NCBI GenBank assembly: GCA_902772455.1
Contig: CACYAW010000001.1
Coordinates: forward strand, 95,001-159,000
Direction of reading: 5' to 3'
Length of the DNA: 64,000 nt
DNA from: an uncultured Bacteroidales bacterium
Lineage (GTDB): Bacteria > Bacteroidota > Bacteroidia > Bacteroidales > Muribaculaceae
Under the pieces are notes generated by a model. It saw nothing but the letters and a program-made list of their open reading frames with translations. It made no database searches and was not told the DNA's origin. The translations under genes were made by a program, and so were the position numbers. Every line of letters begins with the position of its first letter. Within the stretch, counting starts at the first letter, position 1. Below, one piece after another: positions 9,401 to 18,087 of the stretch.

Positions 9401-9727
9401 TTTGTACTTAAATGGTATTAAAACATTTCCTTCAGAATCTATAACTCCGAAATTCCATTGTCCTTTCTTTTCCTTCCTTCTTGCAGCAAAAAGGTTGTCA
9501 AATAGATAATAGATTTCCTCATATTCAAAAGGAATTATCTCATTGCCGTACTCGTCTATAATACCGCAAGACATAGATTTAGCCACACAAGCAAATGGTG
9601 TTTCATAAATAGATTGAGATCCCAAAAACATTGGGCCTTCATCATAAATTGCATTTATGACTATTTCATCGTTACAATCTTTGTAACCAATCTTATTATT
9701 ATGTTTAAATTGTTTTAAGTTAGCCAT
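6404..9727 (-). CDS. Large WG-repeat (WG beta-repeat/KWG-like) protein with acidic C-terminal tail
   Basis: Many (W/F)GVID..G..IIP..Y repeats; no signal peptide; tail DDGDDRDFDESDYAEDTWYALTDGMYGDYPGGDVDYEIFGF; DNA visibly AT-rich relative to its flanks. Confidence 0.85.
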   Translation of the reverse strand: MANLKQFKHNNKIGYKDCNDEIVINAIYDEGPMFLGSQSIYETPFACVAKSMSCGIIDEYGNEIIPFEYEEIYYLFDNLFAARRKEKKGQWNFGVIDSEGNVLIPFKYKYIDKIGKYIKCCNKANSKRKYSFQLMDTEGRIFEYNTLNESEWYNSNCKIIYQGKGVKSEYGYLITRDDNGLGAINSDGLIIVPSKYEEIHCVRKDRFVARLKTEESWRFGVIDNNGKIIIPFEYKFISHESNAFYECYKECRCEYNRNNWNSHALTPEYLDKKDVTWYNEKGEFVCSLKSKIISNNLLGVQSNEKWGVINQSNTRIVNFIYDDVDCIQNYIIVSKDKNVGILDDKGRLIINPSYESIECIVVEDKNYGGFSSPISYGRYSKEYVFDSSNNNSKIYSKKIVHNSGYYGYGRSNGIEITGKDKFDFNRYFILTTNQYSELFSVEKGLLPNSRYETIRQLSNISFAVKENNKWGVFRADTSNLIIECEYDRIRYEGHHVVLLQKDGLWGAKTLVNETYPNFTLFYDVDVPVNFKEIEILEPSELIFGVKRERERYNGEKVEEYSIINNKGQVLGQMSEFYYLDRQCAIFNSNYDRILASKKNKFGFISVRGYVAIPFQYDEVTYREDGYFDVCKNENWGVIDMSGREIVSIKYSEKIPQEWNNTIVKNAHTGRLGILAEDGSEKVPSIYEHLKIGNNFIFYGFKGYEIKGGDFFSNIQSAIWGVMNMDGKVIIEPKYDCYIEQYGLLLAGRDGRMLYHHDSDYGSDYSGVYDLYSSTGELIFGGFSEFQYNESNELYIFFLGGKWSIYSECVDEWNNITIPDYTFIRGIGLWLFLDKNLKSIIRYENGKQAAIKRGAICNIEVKKQENRNIYVYNLPISIMARGFCGINNNVLLIGDSNDSNRNIAAIDIKTGKRTPFYSNLIVVSESLFYFSENGKIGIRNFEDVIKQAKYTFLTLPQEGFFFAAEELDEKQSRLLLFSIFDENVHEIAIEKIDTKDLIEETAYGRLLISFDDTSHNIKDIILPKLDLFDDSFKQLVSGEQSDYFCSKYKNIYWLSCDSRLHDNNFHEDDGDDRDFDESDYAEDTWYALTDGMYGDYPGGDVDYEIFGF

Positions 9728-9746
9728 ATTATATCTTTATCGAACG

Positions 9747-9754
9747 CAAAGATA
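9747..9754 (-). promoter_or_regulatory. -7 box (TATCTTTG) for the WG-repeat gene
   Basis: TAnnTTTG match 20 bp upstream of the ATG at 9727. Confidence 0.6.
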
Positions 9755-9843
9755 AGAATTTTTCTTGAAAAACGGGCATCTCACATTACGAATGAATTCA
9801 TGCAATGCCAAATCTTACAAAAACGCGAATCTGTAATCCGCTG

Positions 9844-9879
9844 CAAAATTAGGGCATGCCGGTGCCATATTTGGGCACT
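9844..9879 (-). promoter_or_regulatory. Second -7 box (TAATTTTG) with imperfect GTGCCA-N5-GGGCAC palindrome
   Basis: Same 18-bp offset between box and palindrome as at 4876-4911. Confidence 0.5.
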
Positions 9880-9909
9880 GGGAGCAGGAATAAGGTTAAA
9901 AATGCCGAA

Positions 9910-9959
9910 ACGGTGGCGGAGCCACCGCCCACTTGACATGATGTTTCCAGAAAATGGGG
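9910..9959 (+). repeat. 50-bp direct repeat, copy 2
   Basis: 47/50 identical to 3360-3409. Confidence 0.9.
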
Positions 9960-10232
9960 ATGTGTCATCATTTGCCTCAGGATTTTCAATCGGCCTATCG
10001 GCCGAGAAATTGAACAAAATTATTAATATAATCAAAATAAATAGTTGTCATATTTGATTTTTATACAAATTTTTGTTTAATTTCTCCGTGCTAAGCACGG
10101 ACATTAATACAGGCTTGAATTATGAGACGGCCTCCATGTTGACCCACCCGCGGGGTAAGGGTGTTGCTGTTATTAATGTGGCGGTTCATTGATTAGTTCC
10201 AGGTCCAGGGAGTCATTGTCGTGGTTTTTTTG

Positions 10233-10240
10233 TAATTTTG
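10233..10240 (+). promoter_or_regulatory. -7 box (TAATTTTG) for the nuclease gene
   Basis: TAnnTTTG match about 55 bp upstream of the ATG at 10296. Confidence 0.6.
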
Positions 10241-10295
10241 CGGTCTGTATGTTATTCGTATTCACATTATTATTAACATAAATCAAAACACTACG

Positions 10296-12596
10296 ATGGA
10301 CAAAAAACGACATTACCTCTTGCTCCTGCTTGCAGCGATTGTGGGCATGACGGCGGCCGCTGCGATTCCCAGCGGCTACTACAACAATGCCAACAACAAG
10401 AGCGACCAGGCCCTGATGGCAGCCCTGCATTCGATTATCGATGGACACACCAAGCGTTCCTACCAACAACTGTGGTCTGACTTCAAGTCAACAGACTGCA
10501 ACGGCACAACCATTATCGACCGCTATTCCACGACACAATACACCTATAGCAGCGACCAGTGCGGCAATTACAGTGGAGTGGGGGACTGCTACAACCGTGA
10601 GCACTCGATTCCCAACAGCTGGTGGGGTGGTAGTGATACTGATACTGCCTACACCGACTTGCATCACATGTTCCCTGTTGACGGATGGGTGAACAACGAA
10701 CGCGGCAATCATCCGTTTGGCGACTGTGCCAACGGCGTGGCCAAGGGTACCGGCAAATTGGGCTCATGCACCTTTAGCGGTTATAACGGCACTGTGTTTG
10801 AGGTCGCCGACGAGTATAAGGGTGACTTCGCACGTGTGTATTTCTATTTCGCGACACGCTACATGACGCGTATAAGCAACTACACCAGCGGCACCGGCAA
10901 CGTCGTGTTCACCGCCAGCACCTATCTGGGACTGACGAATTGGGCCATCAACCAGTTGCTGGAGTGGCACCGCAATGATCCCGTGAGCACGCTCGAAACC
11001 AGGCGCAACGATGCGGTATATACCATCCAAAAGAACCGCAACCCCTTTGTCGACTATCCCGAGCTGGTCGAGTACATCTGGGGAAACAAGAAGGGTAGTG
11101 TGTGGAATCCCAGTGGTGCCCCGACACCGACGTTGACGTCTCCCACCAGCGGCTCGACCGTGAACGTGGGCACCCATACGGGCGACGGCGTGAGCAAGGC
11201 CATCACCGTTAAGGGCGCTAACCTGACCAAGGCCTTGACCATCAGCGTTAGCGGCACTGGCTTCTCGGTGACTCCGGCAAGCATCACTGCTGCCAATGCC
11301 AACAACGGAACATCAGTCACCGTGACCTATAACGGCACTCAGAGCAACGCAACCGGCACGCTCACCATCAGCAGCACCGAGGTGAACGCTACAGTCAACC
11401 TTACCGCATCTTACCAGGGTGGCGGCGGCCAGACCGAAGACGAAGAGGTTGTTGAAACTTGGGAAGGATGTGCTACGGGTGGCTACTGGACCCAGGATGT
11501 GCAAGGCGCTGCTTTCAACTGGAACTTCAACAATGCCGGCCTCTATGCCCGTGAAAATGATCACTGGAACGGTTCGCTTGGCTGTTGCTTTGGCAAGAAT
11601 GCCAATTCCTCCATTACGATGAACGAAGACGTCCAGAATGGCGCCAGCAAGATCACGTTCTATGCAGCAAAATACGGCAGTGACGCAAATGCTACATTGC
11701 AGATTCAGTATAGCACCAACGGCGGTAGCACCTGGACCACGTTGAACACATGCACCCTCAATGGCACCTGGCAGCAGTACACATATAACATGGATGTGAC
11801 CGGGAATGTGCGTTTCAAGTTCCAGCAGACGGCAGGGTCGCGCCTGAATATCGATGATATTGCCATCACCAGCAATGTGGCAACACCCGTCGAGCCGACT
11901 ATAGCGCTCTCACCGATTGCAGCCATGGAGGCTGAGCAGGACGGCACTTCCTCTATCGTGACGGGCACCGTTACGGCCGAAGACAATACCGATAATATCA
12001 CGCTGACCGTGGAAGGCAATTTTGAGCTGAGCTTGAACAGGCAAAACTGGTCTCGTTCGCTGACGCTCGATCCTTCGGGCGAGGTGTTCTATGTCCGTCT
12101 GGCCAACACAGGCACGGTCGGCAATTTCTATGGCACCGTTACTGCAACCACAGGCAGGGTAAGTGCTTATGCCGATGTGCAAGGTGTAGTCAATGCCAAA
12201 CCGACGATGATTGGTGACGTGAATATGGACGGTAACGTGGATATTGCCGACGTTACTACTCTCATCGACCATCTGCTGGGCGGTGATGTCCCGGCGTTTG
12301 ATGCCGAGGCTGCCGATGTCGCTGCTGATGGCAATGTCGATATTGCCGATGTGACAGCACTGATCGACAGGCTGTTCTCGCCGGCCACTCTTGCCGGACT
12401 GCAGGGATGGGACGCCTATCCTGCTGTCAGAGGCATGAATGTCGAGAACTATTCTGGAGAGAATCTTGAGGTTTATGACATGGATGGCAACTGCTGTGCG
12501 GTGTTGATGTCACAGGGTGAATTCAGCATCGAGCTGCCGGCAGGCATTTATATCGTTGCCAGCGATAACCGTTCACGCAAAGTGGTCATCAAGTAA
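10296..12596 (+). CDS. Secreted endonuclease I-family nuclease with Ig-like/beta-sandwich domains, dockerin-type repeat and T9SS-like C-terminal domain
   Basis: Signal peptide; YNREHSIP, TDLHHMFP..N..RGNHPF, KGDFARVYFY, QKNRNPFVDYP; GDVNMDGNVDIADVT..ADVAADGNVDIADVT; ends VYDMDG..LPAGIYIV..RKVVIK. Confidence 0.9.
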   Translation: MDKKRHYLLLLLAAIVGMTAAAAIPSGYYNNANNKSDQALMAALHSIIDGHTKRSYQQLWSDFKSTDCNGTTIIDRYSTTQYTYSSDQCGNYSGVGDCYNREHSIPNSWWGGSDTDTAYTDLHHMFPVDGWVNNERGNHPFGDCANGVAKGTGKLGSCTFSGYNGTVFEVADEYKGDFARVYFYFATRYMTRISNYTSGTGNVVFTASTYLGLTNWAINQLLEWHRNDPVSTLETRRNDAVYTIQKNRNPFVDYPELVEYIWGNKKGSVWNPSGAPTPTLTSPTSGSTVNVGTHTGDGVSKAITVKGANLTKALTISVSGTGFSVTPASITAANANNGTSVTVTYNGTQSNATGTLTISSTEVNATVNLTASYQGGGGQTEDEEVVETWEGCATGGYWTQDVQGAAFNWNFNNAGLYARENDHWNGSLGCCFGKNANSSITMNEDVQNGASKITFYAAKYGSDANATLQIQYSTNGGSTWTTLNTCTLNGTWQQYTYNMDVTGNVRFKFQQTAGSRLNIDDIAITSNVATPVEPTIALSPIAAMEAEQDGTSSIVTGTVTAEDNTDNITLTVEGNFELSLNRQNWSRSLTLDPSGEVFYVRLANTGTVGNFYGTVTATTGRVSAYADVQGVVNAKPTMIGDVNMDGNVDIADVTTLIDHLLGGDVPAFDAEAADVAADGNVDIADVTALIDRLFSPATLAGLQGWDAYPAVRGMNVENYSGENLEVYDMDGNCCAVLMSQGEFSIELPAGIYIVASDNRSRKVVIK

Positions 12597-12628
12597 AGCG
12601 CTAAACGGCATAGTCGCTACTCTAGCAT

Positions 12629-12671
12629 AAAAGAAGAACTGCAAGGCCTCAAGGTCTTGCAGCTCTTTTTA
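12629..12671. terminator. Bidirectional intrinsic terminator between the convergent nuclease and ugd genes
   Basis: Stem AGAACTGCAAGGCC-TCAA-GGTCTTGCAGCTCT flanked by an A-run and a T-run. Confidence 0.8.
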
Positions 12672-12689
12672 AAATTTCGGGAAAACCGA

Positions 12690-14009
12690 TTACCTGCCTA
12701 TGCAGTGATATTCGAAACCTGCTTGATGCAGTTCCTCGGCATCGAGGATGTTGCGGCCGTCAAGCACTAACCGTCCGCGCATCTGGCGTTGAAGCGTTTC
12801 CATGTTGGGCATGCGCAGTTCCTTCCATTCGGTGACCAGCATCAGTGCGTCGGCACCTTTTGCGGCATCATACATGTCGGTGGCATAGGTCACGGTATCG
12901 CCCAGGCGTCGGCGGCACTCGTCCATGGCCACGGGGTCATAGACGCGTACAGCGGCACCTGCCTTGAGCAGGAGGTCTATCAGTACTAACGACGGGGCTT
13001 CACGCATATCGTCGGTCTCGGGTTTAAAGGAAAGGCCCCAAATGGCAACAGTCTTTCCGCGCAATTGGTCTTCGCCGCCATAGTAGTTCACTATCTTGTG
13101 ATAAAGTACCAGTTTCTGGTCTTTGTTCACCTCCTCAACGGCTTGCAGGACTCGCATAGGGTAGCCCATATCTGCTGCTGTCTTGATCAGGGCTTTAACG
13201 TCCTTGGGGAAGCATGAACCGCCATAGCCGCAGCCAGCATAAAGGAACTTCTTGCCGATGCGGGTGTCGCTGCCAATGCCTTTGCGAACCATATTCACGT
13301 CAGCGCCAACAAGTTCGCACAGGTTGGCGATATCATTCATGAAGCTGATGCGTGTTGCGAGCATGGAGTTTGCGGCATATTTGATCATTTCGGCTGATGC
13401 GATATCAGTAAATATCAGTCGGTCGCTCACAATCATGAAGGGCTTGTAAAGGCGGGCCATGAGTTTGCGGGCACGCTCACTCTCAACTCCAACTACAACG
13501 CGGTCAGGGCTCATAAAGTCTTTGACGGCATTGCCTTCTTTAAGGAATTCTGGATTGCTGGCGATATCAAAATCAACGTTCACGCCACGTTTGTCCAACT
13601 CTTCCTGAATGGTCGCTTTGACCTTGCGTGCAGTGCCAACAGGCACGGTGCTCTTGGTGACGACAACAACATATCGGTTGATGTGGCGGCCAATGGTGCG
13701 TGCCACGTCCAAGACGTATTTGAGGTCGGCGCTGCCATCCTCGTCAGGGGGCGTCCCTACGGCGCTGAATACGATATCCACATGATTGATTACGTCTTCA
13801 AGACGAGTGGTGAATTGTAGTCTGCCAGACTTGGTGTTCTTGTGAACCAGGGTCTCAAGTCCCGGCTCATAGATGGGAACAATACCTTGTTTGAGCTTCT
13901 CGATTTTATGCTCATCGACATCAACGCATGTCACGTGAACACCCATCTCGCTGAAACAAGTGCCAGTGACAAGTCCCACATATCCAGTACCAACTATAGC
14001 AATATTCAT
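12690..14009 (-). CDS. ugd: UDP-glucose 6-dehydrogenase
   Basis: GTGYVG Rossmann motif, KSTVPVG, NPEFLKEG, GYGGSCFPKD. Confidence 0.95.
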   Translation of the reverse strand: MNIAIVGTGYVGLVTGTCFSEMGVHVTCVDVDEHKIEKLKQGIVPIYEPGLETLVHKNTKSGRLQFTTRLEDVINHVDIVFSAVGTPPDEDGSADLKYVLDVARTIGRHINRYVVVVTKSTVPVGTARKVKATIQEELDKRGVNVDFDIASNPEFLKEGNAVKDFMSPDRVVVGVESERARKLMARLYKPFMIVSDRLIFTDIASAEMIKYAANSMLATRISFMNDIANLCELVGADVNMVRKGIGSDTRIGKKFLYAGCGYGGSCFPKDVKALIKTAADMGYPMRVLQAVEEVNKDQKLVLYHKIVNYYGGEDQLRGKTVAIWGLSFKPETDDMREAPSLVLIDLLLKAGAAVRVYDPVAMDECRRRLGDTVTYATDMYDAAKGADALMLVTEWKELRMPNMETLQRQMRGRLVLDGRNILDAEELHQAGFEYHCIGR

Positions 14010-14086
14010 GATTTGGTAATGCTACTTATCGTTTGATGAAATTTTCGGGTTCCACTGAAAATTGTGAAACCCGAAAAAAGTCTTTA

Positions 14087-16534
14087 TTAACCGTTAATTG
14101 GTTTTTCGCGGTCCTTTGGAGTGTCGTCAACGTAATAACCGCCACTATCACCACCATAACCGTATCCGTAACCATAACCATATCCGTAGCCATAGCCTTT
14201 ACCATAACCATAGGCGTAGGAGTAGTTATAGCGGGTCTTGCTCACCTTAATGTCATTAATCAAAATGGTCAAGTTCTTAACCTTGCCCTCTTCGACCATG
14301 TGTTCAAGCTCATACATGTAGGTCTGCTCAACTCTACCGTCACGAATAACATAGATAGTCAAATCGGCATATCGGTTTACAACGGCAGCATCGGCAATCA
14401 GGTTATAAGGCACGGTATCAAGAATGATGTAGTCGTAGCGCTGCTTGAGGATTTCGATCATCTTTTTCATATTGTCACTCAGCAACAATGCCGTCGGGTT
14501 GGGAGGAATCGCACCAACGCTGATGATGTCGAATCCTTCATGCAATGCACCACGATGGATTACGTTGTCGATATTGGTCTCTTTACCTGATAGGTAAGCC
14601 GAGGCACCCTTACCGCCTTGTACTCCTACGTATTCAGAGAATTTGCCTTTACGAAGGTCAAGGTCCACAACGATAACCTTTTTATTGACATAGGTATAGG
14701 ACAATGCCAGGTTCACAGCCACGAAACTCTTACCTTCACCAGACATGGTAGAAGTGAACTGGATAACGGTAGCTTCTCCCGTAGACTTATTTAGGTCGGT
14801 CACGTAGTCCAAGTTGTTGCGAACGATGCGGAAGGCCTCATTCATGCGGTCATTTGAAGTTTCATTAACCACAATCTCACCAGTGACATTGTTCTTCTTG
14901 GCAGGAAGCTCACCCAGAATGGGAATGTCGCACACCTCTTCAACCTCACGACGCGTATGGATGGTTTTGTCAAGAGAGAAGTACCAGAATACGCCGTAGA
15001 GAATAAATGCAGGAATCAATAGACCGATAATCATTCCCGTAAGCACGATACGGGTAAGTGGTGCGGTGACAGGGGCGGGGTTAGGAATAGCTGGTTCCAT
15101 TACCTTGGCGTTAGGCTCTGTAATGGCCATTTGCAACGCATTTTCCTCGCGCTTATTGAGTAGGTACAGATATAGCTGTTCCTTAATCTTCTGTTGGCGG
15201 GTGACCTCGGTAATGGCTTTCTCATGAGATGGATTAGCGCTCATGCTGCTTTGAGCCTGGCCTTGCAAGCGCTGTGCTTGTCCTTGCCGAGTGCGCAAGA
15301 TACTCATGTAGCTATCCAAACTGGCAAGAATGTTTTTCTTTTGGATTGCTAGAGAGTTGGACAACTCTTTCATCACTGGGTTCTCGGCGCTGGAGGTGGT
15401 AGAAATCTTTTGGTATTCTTGAACGGCCTGGTTATATTGGGCCATCTGGCTGTTTATGCCAGCATTGTTCATGCCGGTGTTGATAGGTATCAATTCGCCA
15501 GTGCCCATGTCTGCGATGAAACGACGAACCTGTGACACAAGATTGATCTCCAAAGTCAGATCCTCGGTCAGACCGATTTTGTTCATGGTGTTGCCTTCAG
15601 CACCAAACATTCGGGAATTGGCTGATCCTGCTGTAAGAATAGCAACCTCGTTGTCTACACCACTCAAGTCCTTAGACAGGTCAGAAACACGTTCAGCAAT
15701 GAACGCCTCAGTGCTGCGGGCAATCTGGTTCATATCGTTAATGCCTTCTTGGTTGTAAGCCACAACCAGAGCGTTTAAGATATCAGCACACATATCAGGG
15801 TTCTCCCCTCTAATGGCAAGGTTAAGCACATCACTGTGTGCATCGGCATTACTAACATGTAACGATCCAGAAAGTGATCTGGCCATTGCAGTAGGGTTAA
15901 TAACATTTACAATGACAGTGTAGTCGATATACCTGTCTCCAAAGTTCTTTGTCTTGGTAATGGCAACAGGTCCAAAGTCAGTATTTATTTTATTCCCGAA
16001 GTGGGCTTTTTTCCACTCGCCACCATTTACACGGAACTCGTATTCATCATCACTTTTAGGAACAATCGTTACCGAGAAGCCTCGTGTCACTTCCTTAAGG
16101 GGAGTGAGTTGTACGGGAGTGTCCTTATAAATGTTGACGTCACGCAGGAACATGTGACCATAGTATTGCACATTCAGCCCTAACGAGTTCACGACAATCT
16201 CCATCACTCGAGAGGAGCGCAACTTGTGGGGTTCATTGGGAATGTAGTTGACAGTGTTCAGGCCAAGGTCACTAAAAGTCATGGATGGGGTTCCCTGTGC
16301 GCTATCCTTGGAACGGATTAGAATAGATGATTTGGCTATATAGGCTTGTGGCTGTGTCTTTGCAAGCAGATAAGCGAGGCTTGCACAAACGATCATTGAC
16401 AAGACAAACCAATACCAGTTGTAGGCACATGCCATAAACAAACGGTCCCACTTAATACCAGTGCGAGCGCGTTTTTTCTTCTTCTCTTCGGCAGCCATTT
16501 TAGCAGCCAGATCTTCTTGAGCTATTTGTTGCAT
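14087..16534 (-). CDS. wzc: Polysaccharide co-polymerase / BY-kinase (Wzc)
   Basis: Two TM helices around a periplasmic coiled region; Walker A STMSGEGKS, A' VDLDLRK, B IILDTVP; C-terminal Tyr cluster YNYSYAYGYGKGYGYG... Confidence 0.92.
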   Translation of the reverse strand: MQQIAQEDLAAKMAAEEKKKKRARTGIKWDRLFMACAYNWYWFVLSMIVCASLAYLLAKTQPQAYIAKSSILIRSKDSAQGTPSMTFSDLGLNTVNYIPNEPHKLRSSRVMEIVVNSLGLNVQYYGHMFLRDVNIYKDTPVQLTPLKEVTRGFSVTIVPKSDDEYEFRVNGGEWKKAHFGNKINTDFGPVAITKTKNFGDRYIDYTVIVNVINPTAMARSLSGSLHVSNADAHSDVLNLAIRGENPDMCADILNALVVAYNQEGINDMNQIARSTEAFIAERVSDLSKDLSGVDNEVAILTAGSANSRMFGAEGNTMNKIGLTEDLTLEINLVSQVRRFIADMGTGELIPINTGMNNAGINSQMAQYNQAVQEYQKISTTSSAENPVMKELSNSLAIQKKNILASLDSYMSILRTRQGQAQRLQGQAQSSMSANPSHEKAITEVTRQQKIKEQLYLYLLNKREENALQMAITEPNAKVMEPAIPNPAPVTAPLTRIVLTGMIIGLLIPAFILYGVFWYFSLDKTIHTRREVEEVCDIPILGELPAKKNNVTGEIVVNETSNDRMNEAFRIVRNNLDYVTDLNKSTGEATVIQFTSTMSGEGKSFVAVNLALSYTYVNKKVIVVDLDLRKGKFSEYVGVQGGKGASAYLSGKETNIDNVIHRGALHEGFDIISVGAIPPNPTALLLSDNMKKMIEILKQRYDYIILDTVPYNLIADAAVVNRYADLTIYVIRDGRVEQTYMYELEHMVEEGKVKNLTILINDIKVSKTRYNYSYAYGYGKGYGYGYGYGYGYGYGGDSGGYYVDDTPKDREKPING

Positions 16535-16615
16535 ATCAAGTTAATTTTGTTCCAATACTGATGAATAATTCTGCCCATTATGTTTTGTCATTCCATTCTT
16601 GGGCATAATCAACGG

Positions 16616-16646
16616 CAAAATTACTGTAATTACTTTAAACTGCAAA
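16616..16646 (-). promoter_or_regulatory. Consensus Bacteroidetes promoter TTTG-N19-TAATTTTG for wzc-ugd
   Basis: CAAA at 16643-16646 and CAAAATTA at 16616-16623 on the + strand. Confidence 0.75.
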
Positions 16647-16710
16647 GTGTTATTTCTATAAAAAAGTATTAAATATTGTGAGCATCTTGTCTGCGACGTG
16701 ATTGTGTGCC

Positions 16711-16750
16711 AAAAAAGTAGAGCGGAACCCTCAACGTGGTTCCGCTCCAC
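16711..16750 (-). terminator. Intrinsic terminator after ino1
   Basis: Stem GTAGAGCGGAACC/GGTTCCGCTCCAC next to A6 (U-tract on the minus strand). Confidence 0.8.
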
Positions 16751-16779
16751 CTATAATGTTTAATTACTATAAATCTCGA

Positions 16780-18087
16780 TTAATCCATCTCCTCGTCAGC
16801 GGGATAACCGCCCATCTCGCGGATGGCGTTCTTCAGCATGACATACTGCTGGAAGAGGTGGTTTACAGGAATCTCATCCTTAGTGTAGTCGTGCATCGGG
16901 CTCTTGAGGAAGAAGCTCAAGAAGCGCTGAGTGCCCCAGCGGCCGGCGCGATGAGCCAGGTCGATGAGCAGACACAGGTCGAGGCACAAGGGAGCAGCGA
17001 GGATAGAGTCACGGCACAAGAAGTTAATCTTAATCTGCATGGGATAACCCATCCAGCCAAAGATGTCGATATTGTCCCATCCCTCCTTGTTGTCGTTGCG
17101 GGGAGGATAATAGTTGATGCGCACCTTGTGGCAGTAGTCACTGTACAGGTCGGGTTGTTTGTCGGCAACGAGAATGGACTCGAGGGTTGAGAGTTTGCTG
17201 ACCTCCTTGGTGCGGAAGTTAGCGGGCTCATCAAGCACGAGGCCGTCACGGTTGCCCAGGATGTTGGTTGAGAACCAGCCGCTCAGGCCCAGCATACGGG
17301 TGCCGATGATGGGAGCGAAACCGCTCTTCACCAGGGTCTGGCCGGTCTTGAAGTCCTTACCAGCGATGGGCAGTTGCTTCTTCTCTGCGAGTTCCCACAT
17401 TGCGGGGATATCAACGGTGGTGTTGGGTGCACCCATAACAAAGGGAGCATCCTCCATCAATGCAGCGTAAGCGTAGCACATCGAGGGAGCGATCTTGTCT
17501 ACTACGTTGTCCTTCATTGCCTGCTCCAGGTCGGCGAGCTTGCCGTGATACTTCATGTCGGGCTCAACGTAGATTTCGGTTGAAGCTGCCCAAAGAACAA
17601 CCACGCGGTCAACACCGGTGTTCTTCTTGAAGTCGCGGATGTCCTGGCGGATCTGCTCAGCCATGTCCCAACGGTCCTTGCACTGCTTCACGTTGTCACC
17701 ATCCAGACGCTTGGCGTAGTTCACGTCAAAAGCGGCCTTCATAGGCTTAATCTTCAGCAGTTCATCCTTCACGGGATTGATGTCCTTTTCCTTGAGAACC
17801 TCGGCTTTAATAGCGCTCTCGTAAGCGTTCTCGGGGAATACATCCCATGCCGCAAACTCGATGTCGTCGAGCGAAGGCATCGATACGATCTCATTATAAT
17901 GTAAATACTTCTTGTCTGCACCTTTTCCAATGCGGATCTTGTCATACTGGGTCATGCTGCCCACAGGCTTTCCAAGACCCTTACGGATCATCATAACACC
18001 AGTCATGAACGTAGTGCTCACGGCACCCAATCCTACTACCATAATACCTAACTTGCCGGTAGCGGGCTTAACGATTTCTTTTGCCAT
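16780..18087 (-). CDS. ino1: myo-inositol-3-phosphate synthase (MIPS)
   Basis: VGLGAVST, LWAASTE, GKDFKTGQT, NILGNRDG, DSILAAPL, LSFFLKSP. Confidence 0.95.
   Translation of the reverse strand: MAKEIVKPATGKLGIMVVGLGAVSTTFMTGVMMIRKGLGKPVGSMTQYDKIRIGKGADKKYLHYNEIVSMPSLDDIEFAAWDVFPENAYESAIKAEVLKEKDINPVKDELLKIKPMKAAFDVNYAKRLDGDNVKQCKDRWDMAEQIRQDIRDFKKNTGVDRVVVLWAASTEIYVEPDMKYHGKLADLEQAMKDNVVDKIAPSMCYAYAALMEDAPFVMGAPNTTVDIPAMWELAEKKQLPIAGKDFKTGQTLVKSGFAPIIGTRMLGLSGWFSTNILGNRDGLVLDEPANFRTKEVSKLSTLESILVADKQPDLYSDYCHKVRINYYPPRNDNKEGWDNIDIFGWMGYPMQIKINFLCRDSILAAPLCLDLCLLIDLAHRAGRWGTQRFLSFFLKSPMHDYTKDEIPVNHLFQQYVMLKNAIREMGGYPADEEMD

Noticed and set aside
3360-9959. CRISPR array interpretation of the repeats
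   Set aside because: Only two full copies 6.5 kb apart, no spacer periodicity and no cas genes
9781-10035. Similar short peptides (..PFSGN.MS.GRWLRHR..) in ORFs 3252-3533 and 9781-10035
   Set aside because: They are translations of the 50-bp DNA repeat and overlap promoter elements; not credible genes
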